Shown here: positions 1 through 8,800 of the stretch, piece after piece
Numbering within the stretch: position 1 is the stretch's first letter
Layout: every line of letters begins with the position of its first letter
Notes under the pieces: model-generated
Told to the model about the DNA's origin: nothing
Database searches by the model: none
Seen by the model: the letters and a program-made list of their open reading frames with translations, nothing else
From: Candidatus Iainarchaeum sp.
GTDB lineage: Archaea > Iainarchaeota > Iainarchaeia > Iainarchaeales > GCA-2688035
Direction of reading: 5' to 3'
Assembly (NCBI GenBank): GCA_016932355.1
Contig: JAFGDB010000030.1
Coordinates: 1-38,438, forward strand
DNA length: 38,438 bases
Position numbers and translations under genes: made by a program

Positions 1-2
1 GT

Positions 3-12
3 AAAATATAAA
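3..12 (+). promoter_or_regulatory. Candidate archaeal TATA-like box (AAAATATAAA) about 30 nt upstream of the ATG at 39
   Basis: An AT-rich box is centred about 30 nt upstream of the first ATG. Boxes at 2613, 27801 and 28414 sit at the same spacing from their start codons. No Shine-Dalgarno-like site intervenes, which fits a leaderless or short-leader transcript. Confidence 0.3.
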
Positions 13-38
13 ACTTTCAATTGCAAAAAGCTGGTTGC

Positions 39-560
39 ATGGTTAACAAGCAGGTTGTTTTGGACACTATAAGGAAGATGTTTGATTCGGGCATTGACGA
101 TTCTGTTGTAAAGCAGACTTTGCTTGACATTGGCCTTAGCGAGGATGAGATTTCTGCTTTCATGGCTGAGGCAAAGGGCGTTGATTCAGGCGAGGAAGAG
201 CCTGAAGCAGAAGAGGATTATGAAGAGCCTGTTGAGAGGAAGGTTTCAAGGCAGATTGCTGACGAGCATGCTGCGCAGGAGGCAATGCATGCCACAACCC
301 ATGCTGCAATTGACGGCCATGGCGCAAGGCTTGATGCCCTTGGGGAGAAGATTGGCTCTGTTGAGGAAAAGCTCGGCAAGATTGACTCCCAAACCCTGAA
401 GCCGAGCAACAAGGACCTTGTTGATTTGCTTGCTGCAAGCAACCAGAGGCTTGCCTCCCTTGAAAGGCAGGTTTCAGATTTAAAGGCACTGAACATGGCC
501 TTGAAGAGCATCATGGAGAAAATCCTTGAAACTGACAGGAAAATTCTCGGAAAACTGTAA
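39..560 (+). CDS. Hypothetical protein: small helical N-domain, acidic linker, C-terminal coiled-coil-like region
   Basis: The ORF track gives 21..560 with a TTG start; the first ATG is at 39 (MVNKQVVLDTIRKMF...). Composition is balanced and protein-like, with an acidic E/D-rich linker (GEEEPEAEEDYEEP) and a heptad-like C-terminus (LASLERQVSDLKALNMALKSIMEKILE). The overlapping frames (124..399 +, 160..489 -, 218..601 -) are Q/S/P/R/L-biased shadows. Confidence 0.7.
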   Translation: MVNKQVVLDTIRKMFDSGIDDSVVKQTLLDIGLSEDEISAFMAEAKGVDSGEEEPEAEEDYEEPVERKVSRQIADEHAAQEAMHATTHAAIDGHGARLDALGEKIGSVEEKLGKIDSQTLKPSNKDLVDLLAASNQRLASLERQVSDLKALNMALKSIMEKILETDRKILGKL

Positions 561-572
561 AACAGTTCCTGC

Positions 573-1019
573 TTACTTGAATATCTTTTTGAATGTTTCA
601 ATCAGCTTGTTGCCTGCTTCCCCAAGCCCTGCTTTTCTCTTGAACCTGTACTTGTCTGGAGCGTTTGCCTGCTGGCCTGCGAGGTCTGCTGCGTTTTCAA
701 TGCCCCGCCTGAGTATTGCAGGGTCAGGGTGGCTTCCCTCTGCCTTTCCCACATCTGCCTTGATTCCTGTTACAAGCACTTGGCCTGTTGCCTTTGCAAA
801 GCCCGCTGTCTTGTTTGCAGCCCTTGCAAGGAAGAGAAGCGCTGCCGCAATGAAGCAAATGCCTGAGGCCAGGGGCTGGTCAATGAGTATGAATAAAAGG
901 CATCCTGCAATCAGGATCGGGAAGAGCGCCCCTTCCAGCGTGCTTTTTTCCTCTGTCTCAGCTTTCTCTTTTGAGCCTTTTGTTTCAGGCTTTTCCACTT
1001 TTTTAACTTTTGGAATCAA
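573..1019 (-). CDS. Small membrane protein: K/E-rich N-tail, 2 predicted TM helices, about 75-aa soluble C-terminus
   Basis: TTG start preceded by AAGGGGA about 8 nt upstream (SD-like). Hydrophobic segments are LFPILIAGCLLFILI and ASGICFIAAALLFLA. It lies 27 nt downstream of the preceding minus-strand gene. The overlapping plus ORF 526..1362 is S/P/A-rich and shadow-like. Confidence 0.65.
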   Translation of the reverse strand: MIPKVKKVEKPETKGSKEKAETEEKSTLEGALFPILIAGCLLFILIDQPLASGICFIAAALLFLARAANKTAGFAKATGQVLVTGIKADVGKAEGSHPDPAILRRGIENAADLAGQQANAPDKYRFKRKAGLGEAGNKLIETFKKIFK

Positions 1020-1046
1020 TTCAATGTCCCCTTGCTCCTGCTTCCC

Positions 1047-1376
1047 TCAGAGTCCGCCTGGAAGGCCGCCAAAGCCGCCTGCGTCAAGGCCGCCTCCATA
1101 TAGGTCCATTGGCATTGCCTCTGGCTGGCTTCCGCCGCCCCTGCCAATTATCAGTGAAAGGATTATAAGCCCAAAGAGCACAAAGGGCCAGTATTCCTTG
1201 AGGTATTCCCTTGCAAGGAATAGCACTGCTGTTGAAACAAGCAGCAGCACTGTTGTTCCCAGTGACCTCATTGTGAGGATCATCAGGGCAACTATTGCAA
1301 AAACAAGCCAGTTCTGGTTGAATTGTATTGCAAGCATCATGAGCAGAACTGCAACCATGTAGGTGAATGTGTCCAT
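1047..1376 (-). CDS. Small polytopic membrane protein (about 4 TM) with Gly-rich C-terminal tail
   Basis: ATG start with AAGGGG about 8 nt upstream. There are four hydrophobic stretches, and the tail is GRGGGSQPEAMPMDLYGGGLDAGGFGGLPGGL. Confidence 0.7.
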   Translation of the reverse strand: MDTFTYMVAVLLMMLAIQFNQNWLVFAIVALMILTMRSLGTTVLLLVSTAVLFLAREYLKEYWPFVLFGLIILSLIIGRGGGSQPEAMPMDLYGGGLDAGGFGGLPGGL

Positions 1377-1488
1377 TCAAAATGCCCCTTTTTTGTTCGG
1401 ATTTTTGTGAATTGCAGTTATTGGCTGCAGGCCATTTTTATTTGAATTCCGCAGAGTTTCAGAAACGCGCTTTTCCATTAAAATTTCC

Positions 1489-1749
1489 TCACTTTTTGAA
1501 TATGTCTGCCTTTTCAAAGAAGCCCTTGCCAAACGTGGCAAAAATGAATATTATTACAGGAATCCATACAAGCTCTGGGTGCTGGAAGAATGTAAGGTAT
1601 ACTACAATCACTGCAAACAGTATTGCAAGCTTTGCAGAGCCCATTGCCTTCTTTGCCCATCCAAATACCCATACAAGGTAGAACAGGGCAAGTACTGTCC
1701 AAAGGTCAGTGACCAAAGTTGCTTCATTCAATTGCAGCAGTGTCAGCAC
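1489..1749 (-). CDS. Small polytopic membrane protein (about 3 TM)
   Basis: GTG start preceded by GAGGGTGA 7 nt upstream (strong SD-like). Three hydrophobic segments are present (LWTVLALFYLVWVFGWA, LAILFAVIVVYLTFF, LVWIPVIIFIFATFG). Confidence 0.65.
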   Translation of the reverse strand: MLTLLQLNEATLVTDLWTVLALFYLVWVFGWAKKAMGSAKLAILFAVIVVYLTFFQHPELVWIPVIIFIFATFGKGFFEKADIFKK

Positions 1750-1855
1750 TTTTTTTCACCCTCTTTCCATGTTTTTTTGCAGTGCCTTTATTTTTCCTGC
1801 ATCTCCAAAAGACTTATGGGTTTAGGTATTATTAAAACCTTCTCCCAATGATTTT

Positions 1856-2194
1856 TCAGCCCTTCCTGAGGTTCATTCCAACGCCCCAGATTACTACTGA
1901 GGTTATTGCAAACGTCATTATGAAGTAAAAGAACACATACATTGATGCTGTGAAGTATGCCCATTTTATGACAAGGAAGTATATGAGGACGCCGCTTATT
2001 ATCAGTGAAAGAAGGCCGCCTCCCATATAGCCCCTCACTGTTGTAAAAATGAGGAATACTAGGATTATCCTGATGATTATGTCCGCTGCTGGAAAAACCA
2101 TCATTACAAGCGGGGGGATGAGCGCAAGCACTAAGAATGCGAGGAATATGAACAGAATCATGTTTCCCGCTTCATTGATTGAATGCACGGCCAT
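1856..2194 (-). CDS. Small polytopic membrane protein (about 4 TM)
   Basis: The ATG start shares one nucleotide with the stop of the upstream gene (TAATG on the minus strand at 2192..2196), implying translational coupling. The sequence is almost entirely hydrophobic helices. Confidence 0.7.
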   Translation of the reverse strand: MAVHSINEAGNMILFIFLAFLVLALIPPLVMMVFPAADIIIRIILVFLIFTTVRGYMGGGLLSLIISGVLIYFLVIKWAYFTASMYVFFYFIMTFAITSVVIWGVGMNLRKG

Positions 2195-2583
2195 TACCTC
2201 ATCATCCTCCTTGGGCCGCCCCTTGCCTGTGCCATCATTGCACCCCTTTTCTGCTTTAGGTCAATGCCGTGGCTGATTGGGGTTTGCTCCTGCGGGCCAC
2301 CCATTCCTCCCACGAAGAAGAAGTCAATGAGTATGCCTGAAACGCCGAACAGCAGCAGCATCATTAAAACGTAAACGCTGCCAAAAAACCAGAACGCGCC
2401 AAAAAGCACAAACCAGCTTATTCCCACAATCAGTATTATTGCAAGTGGCCCCTTGCCCAAATGCATTACTATAAAGCTGATGATTGTAAGCAGAACAAAT
2501 ATCTTTAGGACAAAAACCATGTCCCCAAAAAACTCCGTTATGGAGAACAGCACAAAAAGTGCCGGCAGCATTGCTTCAATCAT
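2194..2583 (-). CDS. Small polytopic membrane protein (about 4 TM) with basic C-terminal tail
   Basis: ATG start at 2581..2583, four hydrophobic segments, and a C-terminal tail GGPQEQTPISHGIDLKQKRGAMMAQARGGPRRMMR. An ATTTAAAT box lies about 30 nt upstream. Confidence 0.7.
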   Translation of the reverse strand: MIEAMLPALFVLFSITEFFGDMVFVLKIFVLLTIISFIVMHLGKGPLAIILIVGISWFVLFGAFWFFGSVYVLMMLLLFGVSGILIDFFFVGGMGGPQEQTPISHGIDLKQKRGAMMAQARGGPRRMMR

Positions 2584-2612
2584 TGGAATCCAATAACTAA
2601 ATAATTGTTCTG

Positions 2613-2620
2613 ATTTAAAT
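2613..2620 (-). promoter_or_regulatory. Candidate TATA-like box (palindromic ATTTAAAT) for the small-membrane-protein operon
   Basis: It is located about 30-37 nt upstream of the ATG at 2583. The same octamer occurs at 25962..25969 and 27801..27808. Confidence 0.35.
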
Positions 2621-2731
2621 TAATTTGCTTTAAGGAATGCCCCAAGTTAATTATTTTTTTTGCCTAAATTAAGTCAATTTTAACTGCAGGCCAGGGCCTG
2701 CTTTAGCTGCCGTATCCAATGCAGCTTTGGT

Positions 2732-2751
2732 CACGCGGCAAATTCCGCGTG
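2732..2751 (-). other. Perfect 7-bp stem / 6-nt loop hairpin (CACGCGG-CAAATT-CCGCGTG) between the direct repeats
   Basis: The inverted repeat was read directly from the sequence. It lies in the 3' untranslated region of giant gene 1. Confidence 0.6.
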
Positions 2752-2760
2752 TGAATTAAG

Positions 2761-2783
2761 CCCATTCAGCTTGGGCTGAACGG
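2761..2783 (-). other. 9-bp stem hairpin (one G-U pair in the minus-strand RNA) with a 4-nt loop, 22 nt downstream of the giant gene 1 stop
   Basis: The minus-strand RNA reads CCGUUCAGC-CCAA-GCUGAAUGG. This may be a 3'-end structure or terminator-like element, but no function is established. Confidence 0.5.
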
Positions 2784-2805
2784 ACTGTGCTCGCTGTTGC
2801 TGGCT

Positions 2806-5800
2806 TTAGCTGCCGTATCCAATGCAGCTTTGGCCTGCGGTCAGGCCCTGTTCAAGCTGTTCAATGCTTGTGTATGGCCCTGCTGTTTCATAGAGCTTTT
2901 GCGGGTTCCACCAGAATGCTGTCCTTGTGCCAGAATTTGTAACGCACACATGGCCTGTTTCCACCAGGTCAAACACGTCCTGCAGTGATTCAGCCTTGTT
3001 TACTGAATCCCTGCTGTTGTGCAGCATTCCTGTTATTCCTGAAAGCTCAACTGTTTTTGCTATGTTGCTGTTTGGCGTGATAAACATCATGCCTGCCGGC
3101 TCCAGTGATTTCATGCTGTATATGCCTGCTGTTGGCGTGAAGAAAACAGTTTTCAGGTATGCTGTTCCCTTATAGTCTGCCTTTGGCCAGTCAACTGCGT
3201 ATGCAAACTCCCAGTTCTGCAGCCTGTCAGTGCCTGTTGCCTCCCTGTCTGGCTTGAAGTCAAATGCCTCAAATGCGGGAATTCCTGTAAAGTCAAGGCA
3301 CTGCCCTGCTCCTGTCCAGAAACCGAGGGTTGTTCCAGCCTCCACAGGCGCCAAAGTTTCCTGCAGCTGGTAGAATGCGGAGAATGGCTCATCTGTCTGG
3401 CTTGCGGGCATTTTCAGTACAAGAGGCGTTGCATAATTTGGGCTGAAAACCAGCTTTTTTCCGCTGCTGCCTGTTTCTGTGAAGTCCATTAAAAAGCCCC
3501 TGCTTGAAGCGCTTGTGTTTATCTTCTTCAAATCTGTTACAATGTCTGTTTCCAGGCTGGCTGCTGTAGTGCTTCCGCTTATCCTCCCTGTATTAATGCT
3601 TTCTCCCGGGTAAAAGCTTATCAGTATGTCCTCTTTCCTGTTCTCAAAGTTCAGGCCATAGCCAATCCTGCCGTTGAAGCTTTCCTTTCCAATATTTCCA
3701 TTGAATGGCAGGCTGTAAAATATTGAGTCAGGGTATGGGTTTTCAGCAAGGTATAGGTCCACAACTGTTTCAGAGTCAGGCAGGTCTGCATAGAAGAAAC
3801 GCCAGTCCTCGTTGTGGAAGTTTATTGCAAGCGTTGCATCATAGAGCCCTGCTGAGGAAAGGGTGTTCTGCCCGGAATACCTTGTCCTGAACCTCAAGGA
3901 ATCTGTGTCCTCAAACAGGTTTGCAAGCCTTTCGCTTCCGCTAATGAACCATTCAGGCGGGTCATAGAATGCACTGGTTGTGTAGAATTCCGCAAAGTCG
4001 CTCTGGAAGTCATTGGTGTAGCCGTCCTTCATGAGGTATGCCTTGAAGTGCAGAATTTCCTGCAGTGAGTCAAGGTCTGGAATTTCCTCTGTCCATGCAA
4101 TGCTTTCAAGGTTTGCTTCAACGTAGTATAGGAGTGCAGGCTTGTTGTCGTAAAGGACTGTTGACCTTGGAAGCCAGCAGCTTGCAATGTCTATTGGGGC
4201 AAAGCCCTGCAGGCCAAGCTCGTCAAGCGTTTCATTGAATTCTGCGCCGAGCTCTTCAAGGTTCTCTATTGCGGGGTTTTGCGGGCAGGGCAATGGCATA
4301 TTTTCCCTTAGGAATTCGTCCAGGGCATGCAGCCTTTTGTTGACCATTATGCTGAACTGGGTTGCATCGCAGTAAACTGCCTCATCATTCATGTAATCGC
4401 ATTCATTTATCCCAATGCCTCCGTTTTCTGCCCAGCTCCAGTTGAGCTTTACTTTTGGCAGGGCATCGTGGCCTGTCCTGCCCACAAGCGTTCCCATAAG
4501 GCATGACTCTTCATCTGGCACTGGCGGTATTTCAAGCACAATTTCCTTTGTGTTGAATTTCAGGTGTATTTTCTGCGAGTATGTTTCTGCCCTAAGGTCT
4601 GGCACCTTAAAAGGGCCAAATCCTGAGTTTCCCCTGCTTATCGTTGTGGGGTTTGAATGGTAGTGCCTTGTGCTTGGAATTCTGACTGTTGCGTAAACAG
4701 GCTTTCCTGGCTCAATTGCAGTGTTTGTGAATTTAATGCCTGCCTCCTGCTTGTCATATGTTCCGAAGACCTGTGCATCCTCTGTTTCCCAGGCTGCTGA
4801 AATCCCCTGCTTGTCAACTGTCAGGGGCTGGCTGTCCTCCTTGAGGTTAATTGCATAATCCATTAGCGTGGCGGTAACCCTCTGGTCGCATGGGTCTTCC
4901 CCGAATATGCCGCCGAGCAGGCCGCCTGCAATTGCTCCCAATGCTGCATACGTTCCAAGAATTCCGAAGAACTTGCCTTTGCTAAAGCCTGCTGCCTGGC
5001 CTGTTGCAGCCATTGTGCTGCCCAAACTGCCCATTGATGTTTTTGCTGTTCCCAGGGATGTTCTTGCATCTGCAAGGCCGTTAACTGCAGTGCCTGCTGC
5101 TCCCTGGGCGTCTGTAATTTTTACTCCTGATGCCTCTGCTGCCTGGATTGCGGTTGCAACGCTTGTCTGTGCCTTTGTTATTGCGGCAGATGCTGAATCC
5201 ACCTGCGGGGCGCAGCTTTCACCCTCCGCTGAACAGCACCCGTGTGCAGCACCCAGCTCCAACTCTGATGATTCCAGGCTGCTTTGCACTGTTGCCAGGC
5301 CTGCTGCCATTCCCTGGTTTTCTGCAAGGCTTTCACCCCAGCCTGTGTAGCTTTCGCCCAGGTCAGATGCTGATGTGTCAACCTCGCCAATTGCATTGTC
5401 AATGTCCTTGGTTGAATTGTAAGGGCCTGTGCTTACTGCAGTGGTTTCATTTGGCGAGGCTGTGTTCCTGCCTGTTATTGCATGCCCAAGGCCTGAGGCA
5501 ATCCTGCCAACGCCCCTTCCAATGCTTGCTATTGCCCTTCCTATTTTTGTCCAGAAAGTGCCGTTTGCCGTTGCCTCTATGTTTCCCATTTCGGTGTTTG
5601 CTGCTGCAACTGCTGCCTGTACGCCTGCCCCACACCCCCCTATTGCATTGGAGGCAGTAAGTGCTGCTTTTGTGTCAACTGAGGCTGCTTTTATTGCAAC
5701 ATTCCTTGTCTGGTCTGCTGCGAGCTGTGCTGCATCACCTGCAGTGCTTGCGCCTTGGACAAGGCCGTTTGCCCTTTGCACGCTGTCTACTGCGCCAGTC

Positions 5801-8800
5801 ATGTCAGCTGCCCTTGCAGCATTTATTGCCTGGGTTGTTTGGCTTGCGTGCTCTATTGCTGTCTTTGCCCCCAATAGTGCGGCTATTGCTGCTCCCACGC
5901 CTGCGCCTGCCAGGTCAAACATGCCTTCTTCCTCTGCTGTGCCCCAGTCGCATGCTGATGCATCAACTGAAACTGTTTCAGACAATGCGCTGTTTGTTAG
6001 CTTTGCCTCGTCGCTTGCCCCAATTCCCTTGATGTTTATCTCGTACTTGTCAAGGCTGAAGTCATTGCCTGTTTCAGGGTGCATCAATATGTCAAGGGTT
6101 TGCACCTCCCTGAAGGATGTTCCTGGAACCTTTGCTTCAACGTTTATGCCGTACATTCCAGGAATGCTCTGCCTCCTTACAAGCACTTCCCTTTCAGGGC
6201 TGTCCTTGTTCAGGGTAAAGCTTAGCGGCGTTACTGTGATGCCACCCTCTGCCCCGCCAGAGCAGTTTGGGTTTTGCCTGCACAGTTCAACCATTACATC
6301 TGTTTTCCCACAGTCGCTTGCGTCAACTGTGAATGTTGCGTCCTCCTGGCCTGCGCTTAATTCAACTATGTTCTCTGCGCCAATGTATTTTATGCACTGT
6401 TGCAGGTTAATTATTTTGATGTCTGCGCTTATCTTGCTAGGGCTTGCGCCTACAAATGCCATTCCAGAGCCTGTTGCTATCTCGCCGTCTATTTCCACTG
6501 TGAATTTTGCTGTCTCGCCCAGATGGCCCTGCTTTGGCGTGAGTGTTAGCATTGCATAGTATGTTGAGTCTGCCTGGGCTGTTTTGAACAGCCTTGTCCA
6601 CATTCCAGGTCTTAAAACCTCGCTGTTGCTGCTGCCTGTTTCCGCCTCAATCAATGTGAGCTCAACTGTTCCAAGGGCGTCAGACTGCCATTCAAGCTTT
6701 GCCTGCAGGCTGTCAAGCTCTACAAAGCTGCTTCCTGAAACGCAGTTGTTCTGCACTTCAAATTCTGTTGTTGCCGTGTTTTCAACTGTTGACCCTTCCC
6801 AGTTCTGCTTTGTGATGATTAAGCACGGCGAGTTGTCAGGCAGCTCGCCAATTACTGCCTTGACCTGCAGCGGAACTATCATGTCCCATAAAATGCTTCT
6901 TTCCTGGTTTGTTGCTGTTACAAGGTAATGGCCGTTTACTGTCTGGTTTGTAAAAAGGATTTCCCTTGCGTTTGCGCTGAGCTTTGTCTTGAACATTTCC
7001 CTTGCAATTGCGTTGCCTGGCCTTATTCCAATTCCAATGTGCTGCCTTGAATAGTTCTCCATTGTTGCCTGGTCAAGCAGCCCCTTAAAAGTTCCTGCCA
7101 GTGAAATGTTTTTTATTTCAAGGCCGATTCCTGTAACGTTTTCCACTTCAACTGAAAATGTCTGCTCTTTTGTGCCGCGTGTGTCAAGCACTGAATTTAT
7201 TTTGTTGGGGCTGAACCTCAAAACATTGGTGTCAACAAATACTGTTACTGGCGCAGCGTAGTATTCCGGTTTTTCTGCCTCTATAAGTATTTCGGTGTTT
7301 GGCTCCAGTTCCCCCAAATCAAATGTTGCCCTTCCAGGGCAGCATGTCATTTTTGTGTAGAATTCTGTTGGCCTGTCTGGGTGCGTTATTGTTGCCCTTA
7401 CAAGCGCATCCCTTACCCCAAGCCTTTGGCTTCCAACCTGCTCATCAACTGTAACCTGCAGCTCGTTTGCTATGTATGCTGCTATCACTTCCGGCTGGAC
7501 AGAGATCTGCATCTCCCTTTCGCTTTTCACCCAGGCGGTTATTGTTTTTGTGAAAACAGTCCTTGCATCAGCTATTACCTTTATTTCAATTGAGGCATTT
7601 CCCTGCTTGCTTGGCGTGAACTCAATTTCGCTGCTAATGCTCTTGCCCTTTGTAAAGCTCCCCAAGTCAATTGCCTCAATTTCTTTTGTGGAAACGCTTT
7701 CTGCTGTTATTTCCTGGGCTGAGGCATTTGTTATCTTGTAGCTGGTTATGGTTGAGCCAACCACCGTTATGTATAATTCACTGCTGTCGTACTGCCTTTC
7801 GCTGTTGTTTAGTATGTCAAATGTAAGTGTGTGGCTTGAGCCTGCCCTCATCTCATAAGGCTCATATATGTATAGGCCCATGTCCCCATCAATTATGCTT
7901 TCCCCGCTGTAGCAGAAGTCCTCCTGGCATTCGGATTCTGCGCCCTCCAAAAACTGCAGGTCAAATGTTTTTGCATAGAGTTCCTGCTTTTCCGCTGTTG
8001 ATTCAGCTATTCCAAGCTGCGAATCATACGGCGCCCTGATATAATCTCCTGCCTCATCAACAGCCCACGCCCTGTAGTGCATTGGCAGCCTTGTGTAGGG
8101 TGCTATCTGGCTCTTTACCCTTATCTCAAACCCAAAATAATAATTTCCTGTTTCCAGGCCTGCCCATTCCACGCTTGCCCATTTTGCATCACCTGCTGTC
8201 AAATTCTCTGAATCAGTCTCATAGCCTAAAGGCGCAGTAAAAGATGTCCCTTTCTGCACTGCCCTTACATTGCCTGCAATAACATCCTTTATCACAAGCG
8301 CATCGTTTACAAGCAGCCTTTCATCTCCCACCCTGTAGTGGAAGCCGCCCTGGCCAAAATTGCCTGCTTCAGGAACGCTCAGCTTGAATTTAACCAAATA
8401 CCTGCTGCCTGCCCTCAGCACCTGCACCTGCTTTCCTGCCAGGTCATATAGGCCTTCAAACTGTATTTGGGGCTCGCCCATGATAAGCCTTGGCTCCATC
8501 ACTGCCCTGAATTCAATTGGCTGAGAGGGCCAGAGCTGCTTTGGCATTGTATGCACTGCCATGTAATTTTCATGCCTTACAACAGCGTAAACCCTCTTAT
8601 CTGCCTTGAGCTCGTACTGCCCTGTTCCCTGGGGCAATGGAATTTTTCCCAGGCTTTCGCCTCCCTCTCCAAAAAACTCTGCCTCTGCCTCGTTCACTGG
8701 CCGCTTGTCCTCATCAAGCGCTGTTACCCTCACAAGGCTTTTTCCAATGAACAGGTTTACTGTAAAGTATGTTGCCTCCCTTATGTCAATTTCCTTGCCC

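Larger units (their letters stand above)
2700..2833. repeat. 31-bp perfect direct repeat (2700..2730 and 2803..2833); the second copy is the last 8 codons plus stop of giant gene 1
   Basis: GCTTTAGCTGCCGTATCCAATGCAGCTTTGG occurs twice with a 103-bp period. On the minus strand it reads ...QSCIGYGS* followed by AGC. The copies bracket 72 bp that contain two hairpins. Confidence 0.9.

Noticed and set aside
2806-2830. Cysteine close to the C-terminus in several secreted proteins (giant 1 ...SCIGYGS, giant 2 ...ECIKAS, 573-aa protein ...GCVPA), suggestive of a CaaX-like or lipid/sortase-type terminal signal.
   Set aside because: The spacing from Cys to the terminus is inconsistent (4-6 residues), and giants 3 and 4 lack it. 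There is no C-terminal TM helix or PGF/PEF-type sorting motif. It may simply be the last disulfide partner of the terminal domain.
2700-2833. Diversity-generating retroelement idea: the duplicated 3' end of giant gene 1 as a VR/TR pair, with the 31-bp identity as an IMH-like element and hairpins downstream.
   Set aside because: Sequence upstream of the two copies shows no extended similarity and no adenine-specific mismatch pattern. The identity stops abruptly after 31 bp. No reverse transcriptase or accessory gene is present in the window. The repeat is real, but a DGR interpretation is unsupported.
5429-6559. Long plus-strand ORFs inside the giant genes, for example 5429..6559 (376 aa), 29601..30611 (336 aa), 16844..17635 (263 aa), 8467..9147, 32067..32729, 22019..22636, and 526..1362 over the small membrane genes.
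   Set aside because: All are antisense to far longer uninterrupted minus-strand ORFs that have repeat-domain structure and paralog conservation. Their translations are Ser/Pro/Leu/Cys/Ala-biased low-complexity strings typical of shadow frames. None has a plausible promoter or SD context.
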